A DNA stretch of 64,000 nucleotides from an uncultured Planctomycetota bacterium (GCA_963719315.1 CAVRBU010000003.1:384001-448000), one strand, 5' to 3'. Positions 52,777-62,891 are shown, numbered from the stretch's first letter. A program made the numbers and translations. Notes: a model not told the origin generated them from the sequence alone.

Positions 52777-53055
52777 ATGCCAATGTATGATTTTCAACTC
52801 GTTCTTGGAAATTTGGACGTGATGACCGATGAAATCGCCGACTCGCTTTTCGAGGCGGGGTGTGATGACGGTACGCCGTTCAGCAGCCAGGGTGTGGCGG
52901 CGATAGGATTTTCTCGCGAGGCAAACAGCCTGGAGGAGGCCATCCGATCGGCAATTGCCAACGTTAACAATGCCGGCTTCCTGGTTTCCCGGGCCCTGCC
53001 GGCGGACGAACGCGTATACGAAAAAATCAATCAGGAACTAAGCGCTTCTGAATGA
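52777..53055 (+). CDS. HicB-like antitoxin
   Basis: YDFQL...DSLFEAGCDD...FSREANSLEEAIRSAIANV; GGAGG RBS. Confidence 0.7.
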   Translation: MPMYDFQLVLGNLDVMTDEIADSLFEAGCDDGTPFSSQGVAAIGFSREANSLEEAIRSAIANVNNAGFLVSRALPADERVYEKINQELSASE

Positions 53056-53178
53056 CAACAATTCAAGGCAACTCGTTTGCCTTCTACCAGAGACCGAGGC
53101 GTCCCCGCACGCCCCGGTCTTTTTTCGTGTTCTTGATTGACAGCGGATATTCACCGCGTTACATTGCCTGCGTTCGAC

Positions 53179-53416
53179 GTGCGTTGGTGGTCGGTGGCCA
53201 TTGTTGGGCTGCCGACGAACAGGGAACCCGGTGCGAATCCGGGACGGCCCCGCCGCTGTAACCGAGCAAACTCGCGAAGCATTCTGTAAAGAGCCATTGC
53301 TTCGAAGTAGTAGGCACGCTCCGCCGTGCCGTGACGGCATTCGGAGAATGCCTGCTACTTTGGGCGAGAAGGCTGGCTTCGTGACGGCTCGGGAGTCAGA
53401 AGACCTACCAACGCGT
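53179..53416 (+). ncRNA. Cobalamin riboswitch
   Basis: AGGGAACCCGGTGCGAATCCGGGACGGCCCCGCCGCTGTAA, GCCATTG, GAGAAGGC, B12 box GAGTCAGAAGACCTACC; P1 GCGTTGGT/ACCAACGC. Confidence 0.93.
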
Positions 53417-53521
53417 GGCATGTGGTTGGCTGCGAGGGACGGCCTCTGCGAGCGTTTGATCTTTTAGGTTGCGATTTTCGCGCCGGTGTTCCGTTTTGGC
53501 TGCGCTTGTCGCAATTGCAAA

Positions 53522-54446
53522 ATGCAAATTGCAAATTGCAAATTGCAAATTCGTCAGTTGCTGCGCGGCCGGTGTAGCGATGTAGGGGCCGCAAGCCGAG
53601 AGGCCCATCGTCGGCCTCGGCTCGGTCGACCCACTGCGCTTACGCTCATCGAGCTGCTGGTCGTTATGGCGATCATCGGTGTACTGGTGGCGATGTTGAT
53701 GCCGGCGGTGCAGGCGGCGCGCGAGGCCGCCCGACGGCGCAGTGTCAGAACAATCTGCGGCAGATCGGTGTGGCGCTGCACGTATATCACGATGCGCACC
53801 AGCAATTGCCGGTAGGTTGCGTCGATAAGCGCGTGCCGAAGTCGAATCCCAACGGCCGGCAACTGGCCTGGTCGGCCGAGCTTCTGCCGCATTTGGAGGA
53901 GCAGCCACTATGGCAGCGGATCGACTTCGGTGCGCCCTACGATAGCGCGGCCAACGCGACGCCCGCGGCGGCCGTGGTCAGCGTTTATCTGTGCCCGAGC
54001 ACGGTGCGTTGGGCCGCCGGCCGCGACGGCGCGATCGTCGGCAACACCGGGGCGGCCGGCAGCGCGTTTCGCGCGGCGGCCATCGACTACGGCGGCATCT
54101 ACGGCGCGGCACAAGTGTCGCCCGCTGCCAACGGCGTTTTTCTCTACGACCGCGCGGTGAAATTCTCGGAGATCTCCGACGGAACCTCACACACGCTGGC
54201 CCTGGCCGAGGACACGGGCCGCGGTTGGCTCATGGATGGCGAATGGATCAACGGCGAGAACATTTACGATGTCAGTAACCCGATCAACACGCAGCAGCAT
54301 AACGAAATCTGGAGCGACCACCCGGGCGGCGCGATGGTGCTGTGGTGCGACGGCGGGGCAACGTTGCTGGCCGAGACGATTGGACTGCCCGCGTTCGCGC
54401 GATCTGTACGCGGGCCGGTAACGATGCGACGAGCGATACGAGGTAA
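53522..54446 (+). CDS. DUF1559 prepilin-type protein with H-X9-DG (frameshifts at about 53737 and 54394)
   Basis: [33 protein letters not shown] / [32 protein letters not shown]; start uncertain. Confidence 0.85.
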
Positions 54447-54468
54447 ACCGTTCGCATACAAGACAAGT

Positions 54469-54535
54469 CTCACGCAGAGGCGCAGGGGACGCGGAATGCA
54501 ACTACCGCGGCAATCTCTCCGCGCCTCTGCGTGAG
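54469..54535. repeat. Intergenic palindrome
   Basis: 15-bp perfect CTCACGCAGAGGCGC / GCGCCTCTGCGTGAG. Confidence 0.75.
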
Positions 54536-54554
54536 GCCAACAAAGGAGTTTTTC

Positions 54555-55781
54555 ATGAATGCGGCAAAATATTGGATGGTCGTTGGCGGAGTTGTCGTTT
54601 TGTTGGCGTCTGAAACAGCAGCAGCGCCGCCGGGGTTCGTGAAATCGACGATTCCACTCGGCGCACCGCCGGTGGGCGTGGCGTTTGCCGCGGATGGCAG
54701 GCTATTCGCCCTGGAAGGCGCGGCGTTTGGCGACAGCGAGGCGACGCTCAAAGTGATTGACCCGGACGGATCGTTTTCAGCCAACTTCGCCGTGATGGGC
54801 GACGACATCAGCAATTTTTTCGTCGGCGGCATGGCCTACGACCCGATCGGCGATCGTGTGCTGATTACGGATAACACATCCGATGGCCGGTTGTACGCGG
54901 TCGATGCGGCTGGTGTGAAACAAACCATCGGGATGGGCATTGCGGGAATCGCCGGCGTGGCGGTTCGCAGCACGGGCCAAATCTTCGTGTCCACTGCCCC
55001 CTTTGGCAGCCCGGGGGAAGTGCTGCAAGTGGATCGGACGACGGGCGTTACAACGCCGGTGCTGGGCGGGCTCGGTTATGGAGCGGGCATGGCATTCGAT
55101 CCCGGCGGTAATCTCATCGTGCAGGATGCCAGCACCGCGACGTTTCTTGGTAGGCTGCAACGCTTGCCGATGACGGACTCGGCGGGCGTGCTAACGTTGG
55201 AAACGCCCGAACCCCTGCTCGATGGCATGCAATCGAGCGCCGGCTTGAGCGTAACAAGTGACGGCACGATTTTCACGACCGGCAACGGCGGCCTGTTTCG
55301 CGTGAGCGGCACGCCATTGGCCGAAACGTCATTCGACGCCAACGGCAGTGCATTCCAGTTCGCGACCGCGATCGCGTTCGACCCGGGTTCGCAGCCATTC
55401 GATGGTTTTTCCGGACCGGACGGCGGCCGGCTGGCCTACATGGCCGACTTCGGCTTCGCCTCGCAAGATTCGTTCGTCACGTTGCTAACGCCTGCCGAGC
55501 CGGGCGATTACAACGGCGACGGGCACGTCACTGCGACCGATTACGCTGTGTGGCGGGCTGCTTACGGCACTAGTGATCCGTCGGCCGACGGGAGCCGTGA
55601 TGGCACAGTGGACGCGACGGATTATGTGCTTTGGCGGAAGCATTTGCCGACGGCGGGACAAAACACATCTGTTGCCGTCGGTACGAGCGTGCCAGAACCT
55701 GTAGCGATAAGTCCCGCAATTTTCGTAATTCTCTCAATCGCTTTGAGAGCTAACCGAAATTTCGGAATTAGGCATGGGTAA
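54555..55781 (+). CDS. Beta-propeller-like PEP-CTERM protein
   Basis: Signal peptide; repeated G(V/M)A(F/Y)D..G blades; GDYNGDG module; VPEP; AAGGAG RBS. Confidence 0.78.
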   Translation: MNAAKYWMVVGGVVVLLASETAAAPPGFVKSTIPLGAPPVGVAFAADGRLFALEGAAFGDSEATLKVIDPDGSFSANFAVMGDDISNFFVGGMAYDPIGDRVLITDNTSDGRLYAVDAAGVKQTIGMGIAGIAGVAVRSTGQIFVSTAPFGSPGEVLQVDRTTGVTTPVLGGLGYGAGMAFDPGGNLIVQDASTATFLGRLQRLPMTDSAGVLTLETPEPLLDGMQSSAGLSVTSDGTIFTTGNGGLFRVSGTPLAETSFDANGSAFQFATAIAFDPGSQPFDGFSGPDGGRLAYMADFGFASQDSFVTLLTPAEPGDYNGDGHVTATDYAVWRAAYGTSDPSADGSRDGTVDATDYVLWRKHLPTAGQNTSVAVGTSVPEPVAISPAIFVILSIALRANRNFGIRHG

Positions 55782-56537
55782 AATGAAACCGCTGCCTAGC
55801 CAAACGGTCAGCACGCATGCTTGAGTAAGATAGAAGGCTAGTAGAATCGACAAGGGCTCTGCGCCGGCACCGCCTGCCCCCATGCTGACGGTCAAAAGAG
55901 TGTAGCCGAACGCGCCCAGCAGAACGGCGAGACCGAGAACGCTTGCCAATCGAAAGACCCAATGCCAAGAAAAGCTCCACAGAAAAACGCTCGCGAGAGC
56001 TAGCGCTACGTAACTGCACGCAAATGCGATATTGAGCCATTCGCCACCGCGAAAGAACAAATTATTACGCATCAGAGTGGACAATACCGCGACAATTGTC
56101 ATCACAATGAGTAGATGCGCAAGAGAATATTGCCAGGTGTGAACCAAACGACTTCGTCGCCGCCAAAAACTTGTTCGCTGCAAAAACCAAATAGATGCCA
56201 TTAGCAACACAACATGTAGTCCGTAATACCCCAGACAGGATGTGAGAACATTCTTACTCGGAAACTGCGCTTGCATTTGAGTAAAACTCACAGTCACTAA
56301 CGCTGCGACCACGGTTGTAGTTAGGGGCAGCGTCAACTTCCATACGATTTGCGTCGAGCTCATTGCAGACCAAATGCATACGAGACTTAGCTGGGCAAAA
56401 ACCAGCGCATGAAAAGCTACGACAACGTAGCCAGTAGATGGAGATCGTTCGCTTGCCATCCATGTTAGAACTATGGCATCGACGCAAAGCGTCGCCGCGA
56501 GCAGTAGCCAGAAGATGACGGGCGATCGTTGCGGCAT
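55734..56537 (-). CDS. Polytopic membrane protein
   Basis: About 8 hydrophobic segments; WQYSLAHLLIVMTIVAV. Confidence 0.7.
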   Translation of the reverse strand: MPQRSPVIFWLLLAATLCVDAIVLTWMASERSPSTGYVVVAFHALVFAQLSLVCIWSAMSSTQIVWKLTLPLTTTVVAALVTVSFTQMQAQFPSKNVLTSCLGYYGLHVVLLMASIWFLQRTSFWRRRSRLVHTWQYSLAHLLIVMTIVAVLSTLMRNNLFFRGGEWLNIAFACSYVALALASVFLWSFSWHWVFRLASVLGLAVLLGAFGYTLLTVSMGAGGAGAEPLSILLAFYLTQACVLTVWLGSGFILPMPNSEISVSSQSD

Positions 56538-56585
56538 GGAAATCGTCAACGCGGCGCTTGCGGCGAGAATGACCACACCGATTCT

Positions 56586-56712
56586 GCCCCGGAAGGGCAA
56601 AAGATAATAGCCCAGGGCAAGGCACGGCGAGCGCCGCGAGCTTTGCCGCAGCTCTGGGTTAGGCTGTACCCAGGGCTTCGTCCTGGGCTATCATATTTTG
56701 GCCCTTCAGGCC
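56586..56712. repeat. REP-like palindrome (GCCC.GAAGGGC / AGCCCAGGG family)
   Basis: GAAGGGCAAAAGATAATAGCCCAGG ... CCTGGGCTATCATATTTTGGCCCTTC. Confidence 0.7.
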
Positions 56713-56748
56713 TGACGAACTCTGGAAGCTGTCGAACTTGGATCACCC

Positions 56749-57597
56749 GTGCCCAGTGCCTCGCTCATTGAAAAGTGCTGCCTAATTGCCAATCCGGCGG
56801 CGGGGAATCCTACTCAGTACCTCGTCGAGCAGGCGTTCGAGCGGGCCGGTCTCGATTGGCGGTTCATGACGTTCGAGGTCGAGCCGCCGTCGCTCGGCGA
56901 CGCCATGCGGGGAATTCGCGCGCTCGGCTTTCATGGCCTGAAAGTCGGCGACCCTTTTAAGGAGTCGGTCCTCGAGCACGTCGATGACCTCACCGACGCC
57001 GCGCGGCGAAGCGGTTCGGTCAACTGCATTACGGCGACGAATGAGCGACTGATCGGCGACAACACGGAAGGTGTGGCACTCGTGTCGCTCGTTCGACAAC
57101 AAGCCGATCCGGCCGGGCGGAACGCAGTGATCGTCGGCGCCGGCCGGCTCGCCCGGGCGGTGGCGATGGAGCTCGCGGCCGCGGGCGTTACGTCGATTAC
57201 CATCACCAGCCGCAACCCCACCGCCGGGCAGCAATTGGCGGAGTCGATTCAGAGACAGTCCTCGGCGACGGCGGCGTTCGTGCCACTAGCCGGAGCCGTC
57301 GCGATCGATGCCGACACTGCGGTGCTCGTAAACGCCACGTCGCTCGGCTCAACGAAGCCGGAGGCCAAGCTGCCGTTGGACATCGAATCGTTCGGGCCGA
57401 AACTCGTGGTCGTCGAAGCGGCGTACAACACATCGAGGACCTGGTTGACATCGCAGGCGGCTCAGAAGGGCTGCCCGATCATCGATGGCCTTTCGATCTA
57501 CGTCGAACAAACGGCGCTCGCCATGCAACGGTGGACAGGCACCATGCTGGACACGACCGCGATGCGGGAAGCGGCGGAAGAGTTTTTGGGAATTTAA
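56749..57597 (+). CDS. aroE: Shikimate dehydrogenase-like protein
   Basis: PFK, GSVNCI, GDNTEG, GAGRLARA, VNATSLG, DGL. Confidence 0.8.
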   Translation: MPSASLIEKCCLIANPAAGNPTQYLVEQAFERAGLDWRFMTFEVEPPSLGDAMRGIRALGFHGLKVGDPFKESVLEHVDDLTDAARRSGSVNCITATNERLIGDNTEGVALVSLVRQQADPAGRNAVIVGAGRLARAVAMELAAAGVTSITITSRNPTAGQQLAESIQRQSSATAAFVPLAGAVAIDADTAVLVNATSLGSTKPEAKLPLDIESFGPKLVVVEAAYNTSRTWLTSQAAQKGCPIIDGLSIYVEQTALAMQRWTGTMLDTTAMREAAEEFLGI

Positions 57598-57604
57598 CGC
57601 GGGG

Positions 57605-57751
57605 GAATTTGCCACGGAGGGCATCGAGAAGAAGACATTTGTCATTGGTAATTTGTAATTTGAAATTGGTCATTTCGGAAATGGCCAATGACAAATGACA
57701 AATTTGCAATGACAAATTCCATTTGCTTCTTTGTGCCTCCGTGGTGAATTC
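57605..57751. repeat. Composite nested palindrome, copy C
   Basis: Core 57637-57717 matches copy A at 76/81 nt; outer CCACGGAGG/CCTCCGTGG arms. Confidence 0.85.
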
Positions 57752-57774
57752 CTCCGGCTTGCTGTGGAAAGCGC

Positions 57775-58494
57775 ATGGCCGGGGGTTTGTTCATCACTGG
57801 AACCGGGACGGGCGTCGGCAAGACGTATGTTGCAGCGTTAATCGCTCGTGCGCTGGGCGAAGCTGGTAAGCGTGTGGGTGTGTATAAGCCCGTCGCCAGT
57901 GGATGTGAAATGCGCGGCGGGCGGTTGGTTTCGCCGGATGCGGTCGCGCTGTGGGAAGCCGCGGGGCAGCCGGGGACGTTGGACGCGGTGTGCCCGCAAG
58001 TGTTCGCCGCACCGCTGGCGCCGCATTTGGCCGCTCGGGGCGAAGGCCGCCGCGTGGACGCGGCCCTGTTGCGAAGTGGCCTCGATTACTGGCGGGAGAC
58101 GAATGATATCGTGCTCGTGGAAGGTGCGGGCGGGCTGATGTCGCCGATCAGCGACGAGGATTACAACGCCGACCTTGCGGAAGCGTTCGGCTATCCGCTC
58201 GTCGTCGTGGCGGCGAATGAATTGGGAGCGATCAACGCCACGCTGCAAACATTAATTACGGCCAGCACGTATTGTCGGACACGGAGCGAGGAGCGAGGAG
58301 CGAGGAGCGAGAGCGACCTTCGCGTCGCCGGCATCGTGCTGAATTCGCCCCTCGCGGTCGTCGATTCAAGCTGTGAGAGCAATGCGGATGAACTGGCTCG
58401 GCGGTGCGTTCCGCCGCTGTTGGCGGTCGTGGAGCACGGTGGTGGCTTCGATCGCGCCGTGAATTCGGCGCTTGTAGGTCAGGCTTCAGCCTGA
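57775..58494 (+). CDS. bioD: Dethiobiotin synthase
   Basis: FITGTGTGVGKT, YKPVASG, LVEGAGG, LGAIN. Confidence 0.92.
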   Translation: MAGGLFITGTGTGVGKTYVAALIARALGEAGKRVGVYKPVASGCEMRGGRLVSPDAVALWEAAGQPGTLDAVCPQVFAAPLAPHLAARGEGRRVDAALLRSGLDYWRETNDIVLVEGAGGLMSPISDEDYNADLAEAFGYPLVVVAANELGAINATLQTLITASTYCRTRSEERGARSESDLRVAGIVLNSPLAVVDSSCESNADELARRCVPPLLAVVEHGGGFDRAVNSALVGQASA

Positions 58495-58606
58495 CGCACG
58501 CCGCGGTGGGTGGCATGCTCTCGCGGCGCTTTGGCCGCGTGAGCATGTGACTCATCGTGGCTGCTGAGCATGCTCACGCCGCGGCAGCGAGAACATGCCA
58601 CCCACC
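58474..58606. repeat. REP-like palindromes after bioD
   Basis: GTAG-GTCAGGCT-TC-AGCCTGAC (58474-58495); GGTGGGTGGCATG/CATGCCACCCACC (58505-58606). Confidence 0.7.
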
Positions 58607-58641
58607 ACAGAGATTTGGACGGAAAGGATTGTCCGTCCCAC

Positions 58642-60885
58642 TCATGCGACGACCGGGACGGCCGGGCTATGTTGGCGGCGCTTTTCGGCCATTGAAGTGT
58701 CGATGGCCAGCGTCATGGTCGTACTCCAGCGGCCGTCGCTGCCGGCTTCGATCAGCCAGTGCGGATGCACGACCACCGATTGGTGTACCAACTCGAAGCC
58801 GGCCTCGGATTGGCTGACGGTTTCGATGGGAAACGTCCAGAGGTGCATCGGTTTGTCGCTCGAGAGTTCGACGTCGATGCCCAGCCATTCGTCGAACAGG
58901 GCCAAGTAATCGACCGACTTGAGATCGAGTCGAGCGCCGAGCTGGCCGAGCGAGTTGCGGTGGGCATCGTGGAAATAACGATCGTCGCAACCGCCGGGCA
59001 GACCCGCGAAATTGAATTCCACGCCGAAGTGAACCGGTTCGCCCGGCGGCAGGCCCTCCAACAAGTACGCGATCTCGAGCGTTTGCCCGCCCGCATCGAG
59101 CGTGAGACCCTTCGTGATCCGCACCTGCCGACCGGCCACATAGCCGTTTCGCGTCAGCTGCACCTGCATGCGGTTAGGATTGCGACGCAGGCGGGCTTCG
59201 AATGGAGCGGTAACGAAGTCGCCCAGTTCTTCGTATTGGCCGTTGGCGATTGATTCGGCAGCGACGTTGGCATCGTAGAAATGATCCACCAAACTCTTGC
59301 GGCGATAGCGATCGAACTGCATTCGCTGATCGAGGTCTTTCTGCTTGAACACGACGCGATCGTGAATGCTGGCGACGTCGCTGTTTGCCTCGCGTTCGCC
59401 GGCGCGAATGGCATCGTGATAGGCCTCTTCGCGGCGGGTGAGTGTAGCAAGCAGATTGTGGCAGATGGCACGCACGTCGAGCTCGTAGAGGTGGCCGCCG
59501 TGTGACGGGGCGATGAGCGCGATGAGGCGGTTGCTGGCCAGGCGGACCTCGGGGCGGGCATCGAAGTTGTAATCGTCGGTCGTGAGTTCGACCCACGTTT
59601 GGTCATTTTCTCCGAGTCCGCGGCCCTCGGCCGCATCGAGCAGGTTGTCGGCCGATATCAGATGTTGGTAGACGGCGTTTCGGAGGTGGGGCAGATAGGC
59701 GCCGCCGAAGGCGCCGTGCCAATAGCTGCAGTTGCACTGACCGCGGTACAGCTCGGCGCGGGCTTGATCGAGGAGTGTTTCGATGCGAGACGATCGGCCG
59801 TTTGACTGGTCGCTGAAGCGACCTGTCCGGAGTGGGCCGTTAGTGGGTGATTTGATGGCGTCGTGGAGGCGCTGGCTGACCATCTGCATGCGGGCGTACA
59901 TTTCGTTGGTTTCGGGATACTTCACTTTGAAGTTCCGCCAGTAGCCGCCGCGAACAAACGGGGCCACTTCCGCCCAACGGCCCTCCTGTTCCCATTGGTG
60001 TTTGAATTGATTGAATTCCTTCAGTTTTTCGGTGGGTAGCACCCACTCGGTCATTTCACGATAGCTGCCTTCAGGAATGTAAACCTTGCCGATCGGCGGC
60101 ACCTGGTCGAGCGCTTCGGTCGGCGTGACGACGCTGAGCCAACTGCGATTCTCGACGAGCGCGTCCAGGAAGCGGCGCAACCAGCCGTGGTGATACACGT
60201 GTTCCTTGGTGCCGGGCCAACTCCCGAACTTTTCGCCGTCGTCGCCAAAAACGACGACCGCACCGGGCTGCCGTTCGGCGATCGGTCGCAAATAGGCGAT
60301 CGTTTCTTCAGGCTCGCAGAATGGAATCGTGTACCGCAATCGCTCGCTGCCTGGAAATACGGTGAGCAGTTTGCCATCGTCTTCGGTAATGTAATAGCCG
60401 TGCAGTTCTTCTTCGCTGAGACCGGCATTTTTGAAGTGAAAGTCGTCCAAAACCGTATAGCGCACGCCGGCTCGCACAAGGTCGCTGGTGAGCGATTGCT
60501 CCCAAACACGTTCCGGGATCCACATGCCGTTGATCGCCGTTGCAAACCGTTCGGACAGCCATTCGGAATATCGGATGATTTGTCCCACGCGGTCTCGCGG
60601 CGGAATCATCGTCAGAATCGGCTCATAAAACGCGCCGCCCACGATTTCAATGCGGCCCGCGGCCACTAGGGCGGCGAGGCGATCGAGATACTCTGGGTGC
60701 CGTCCGGCCAGCCATTCCATGAGCGAACCGCTCGTATGGAGCGCCACGGGCAGACCGGAGTACTGTTCGAATACGTCGAGAAACGCGTTGTAGCTATCCT
60801 GGAAGGCGCCTTCGAATACACCATCGAAGTTGCCGATGGGCTGATGGTTGTGGAGAACAATGACCAGTCGCAGATTCGGGCTCAT
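58642..60885 (-). CDS. GH57 alpha-amylase / 4-alpha-glucanotransferase
   Basis: HNHQP, WIPERVW, GDDGEKFG, QCNCSYWHG. Confidence 0.92.
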   Translation of the reverse strand: MSPNLRLVIVLHNHQPIGNFDGVFEGAFQDSYNAFLDVFEQYSGLPVALHTSGSLMEWLAGRHPEYLDRLAALVAAGRIEIVGGAFYEPILTMIPPRDRVGQIIRYSEWLSERFATAINGMWIPERVWEQSLTSDLVRAGVRYTVLDDFHFKNAGLSEEELHGYYITEDDGKLLTVFPGSERLRYTIPFCEPEETIAYLRPIAERQPGAVVVFGDDGEKFGSWPGTKEHVYHHGWLRRFLDALVENRSWLSVVTPTEALDQVPPIGKVYIPEGSYREMTEWVLPTEKLKEFNQFKHQWEQEGRWAEVAPFVRGGYWRNFKVKYPETNEMYARMQMVSQRLHDAIKSPTNGPLRTGRFSDQSNGRSSRIETLLDQARAELYRGQCNCSYWHGAFGGAYLPHLRNAVYQHLISADNLLDAAEGRGLGENDQTWVELTTDDYNFDARPEVRLASNRLIALIAPSHGGHLYELDVRAICHNLLATLTRREEAYHDAIRAGEREANSDVASIHDRVVFKQKDLDQRMQFDRYRRKSLVDHFYDANVAAESIANGQYEELGDFVTAPFEARLRRNPNRMQVQLTRNGYVAGRQVRITKGLTLDAGGQTLEIAYLLEGLPPGEPVHFGVEFNFAGLPGGCDDRYFHDAHRNSLGQLGARLDLKSVDYLALFDEWLGIDVELSSDKPMHLWTFPIETVSQSEAGFELVHQSVVVHPHWLIEAGSDGRWSTTMTLAIDTSMAEKRRQHSPAVPVVA

Positions 60886-61090
60886 GAAACCATCCGTGTC
60901 CAGGACAGGCCGCGCGGTCACACGTCGCGGCGTCGCTGGAATTCTCAGTCTTGTAGAATTCATCGATCCTACCGTAAGGCCGTGCGATGCGTCTATCGGA
61001 CTTGGCGCGGTTATCGGCAGAATTGGGAAAACACGACGTTTCGCGTCGATACGCTAGTGAGGCAGACATTCTTTGTCTGCCGGAAGACAC

Positions 61091-61149
61091 GTAGCTGAAT
61101 TCGCAAGAATTCAGATTCAGAGCGGCTGAATTCTTGCGAATTCAGCGAC
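61091..61149. repeat. GTAG-type REP doublet
   Basis: 21-bp perfect inverted repeat GCTGAATTCGCAAGAATTCAG (61094-61114 and 61126-61146). Confidence 0.85.
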
Positions 61150-61152
61150 ACA

Positions 61153-62643
61153 CTAAGCGCCGGCAGTGTTCGTCGCGCGAGCCAACGTGCGAGTATAGAG
61201 CCGTTCGTACTCGCACGCGCTGCGGTTCCAGGACCAGTCCTGTCGCATGCCGGTGCGGACTATTTGTTCCCAGAGGGGGCGATTGGAAAAAGTCTGGCAA
61301 GCGCGGAGGAGCGTATCGGCCAGGGCAGTCGAGTCGTACGTATCGAAACTGAAACCATTCGCCGTGCCGGCCGCTAGCGTTTCATCGCTGAGGTTCGTGA
61401 TCGAATCGGCCAGGCCGCCGGTGGCATGCACGACCGGCACGGTGCCGTATTTCAAACTGTAAAGCTGGTTCAGGCCGCATGGTTCGTAGCGGCTCGGCAT
61501 GAGGAAAATATCCGCCGCGGCCTCGATGCGATGCGCCAGTTCGTTGGCGAAGCCGACCCGAACCGCGACCTTTTCTGGGTGCTGCTCGGCCAAGCGGGCG
61601 AACAGCTCATGGTACTGCGACTCGCCCGTGCCCAGGATCACCCATTGGGCAGGCAAGTTTGCCGCCCAGTGCGGAATGAGCTGAGCCACCAGGTCGAAGC
61701 CTTTTTGGTCGGCAAACCGGCCGATCATCGCAATCAGCGGTTGATCGGCGATTTGCGGCAACCCCATCTCCCCCTGCAGCGCCGCTTTGCAGGCCCGTTT
61801 TCCTTCGGCGAAATTCTTGAGGCCGTATTGATTGCCGTTGAGGTAAGAATCCGTTTCAGGATTCCATTCGCGGTAGTCGACGCCGTTGATGATACCGAAC
61901 AGGTCGTCGCGGCGGTATTGCAGCATGCCTTCTAATCCACAGCCCAGTGGCGCCCGCTGAATCTCTTCCGCATAGCGCGGGCTGACCGTGCTCAGCGTAT
62001 CTGCAAATGCCAGCCCGGTCTTCAAGAAGCTGAGGTTACCGTAGAACTCCATCTGCCGCCAATTGAAATACTTCCAGTCGATGCCGGTAAGCTCCATGTC
62101 CCAGTGCCAGAAGTTGCCCTGGTAGGCGATGTTGTGAATCGTGAACAGGCTGCGGATCGAATCGTACGGCGGCACGCCGGCGAGTTCGGTCTTCAAATAC
62201 GCGGGCACCAGGCCGGAGGTCCAATCGTGGCAATGCACGAGCTCCGTGTGGAGGTCGAGCAGTTGGATGGCCTCCAGCGCCGCGCGGCAGAAGAACACGA
62301 ACCGTTCGCAATTGTCTTTGTAGTCGTGACCATTTTCGCGATAGAGCTCCGCCCGATCGTAATACCGCGGCTGATGAATCAGATAGACCGGCACTTTATC
62401 GCCCGGCAGGGTACTACGCAGGAAGGTGCCCGGAACCATCTTGCGGCCGATGGGAACTTCGAAATCGATTCCCGTGGGTTCGATTGTCCGGCCGCAGCTG
62501 AGGGCCTGGCGGAACGCGGGCAGGATGATGACCGGCTCGTGGCCAAGTCGCGCCAGCTCCTGAGGCAGGCTGCCGCAGACATCGCCCAAGCCGCCCGTTT
62601 TGCAAAATGGCACGGCTTCGGTCGTGGTGAAGAGGATTTTCAC
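61153..62643 (-). CDS. glgA: Glycogen synthase
   Basis: KTGGLGDV, HCHDW, TIHNIAYQG, PSRYEPCGL, TGGLAD. Confidence 0.96.
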   Translation of the reverse strand: MKILFTTTEAVPFCKTGGLGDVCGSLPQELARLGHEPVIILPAFRQALSCGRTIEPTGIDFEVPIGRKMVPGTFLRSTLPGDKVPVYLIHQPRYYDRAELYRENGHDYKDNCERFVFFCRAALEAIQLLDLHTELVHCHDWTSGLVPAYLKTELAGVPPYDSIRSLFTIHNIAYQGNFWHWDMELTGIDWKYFNWRQMEFYGNLSFLKTGLAFADTLSTVSPRYAEEIQRAPLGCGLEGMLQYRRDDLFGIINGVDYREWNPETDSYLNGNQYGLKNFAEGKRACKAALQGEMGLPQIADQPLIAMIGRFADQKGFDLVAQLIPHWAANLPAQWVILGTGESQYHELFARLAEQHPEKVAVRVGFANELAHRIEAAADIFLMPSRYEPCGLNQLYSLKYGTVPVVHATGGLADSITNLSDETLAAGTANGFSFDTYDSTALADTLLRACQTFSNRPLWEQIVRTGMRQDWSWNRSACEYERLYTRTLARATNTAGA

Positions 62644-62819
62644 AACTTGCTCTCGTCAATTGCGGATGATTCGAAGGCACTGCGACGATTCCGTCGTGAG
62701 CCTAGCATATCCGCTCAGATCGGCATAGTTTCGCGGCAGAATTGACGTAAACGCGCAGGTGCCGCGCATGTGATAGAGATGTCGTAGGCGGTATAGGATG
62801 CACCACCGGCCCGTGACTT

Positions 62820-62891
62820 TTGTGCGCGGATCTCCGCCATTCGTTGTGAACGGGGCTCCGGACCCCGCACGGGCCCCGACCGAAGGTCTCC
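62820..62891. repeat. REP-like element (GGAGACCTTCGG..CACAAC family); homolog lies in-frame at 42467-42513
   Basis: Reverse complement of 62843-62889 matches 42467-42513 at 35/47 nt. Confidence 0.7.

Noticed and set aside
52540..53055. Single 171-aa protein
   Set aside because: Better explained as two genes joined by a 1-nt deletion; the second has its own RBS and ATG
57775..62643. Functional link between bioD/aroE and the glycogen genes
   Set aside because: Convergent housekeeping genes separated by REPs; no shared regulatory signal seen
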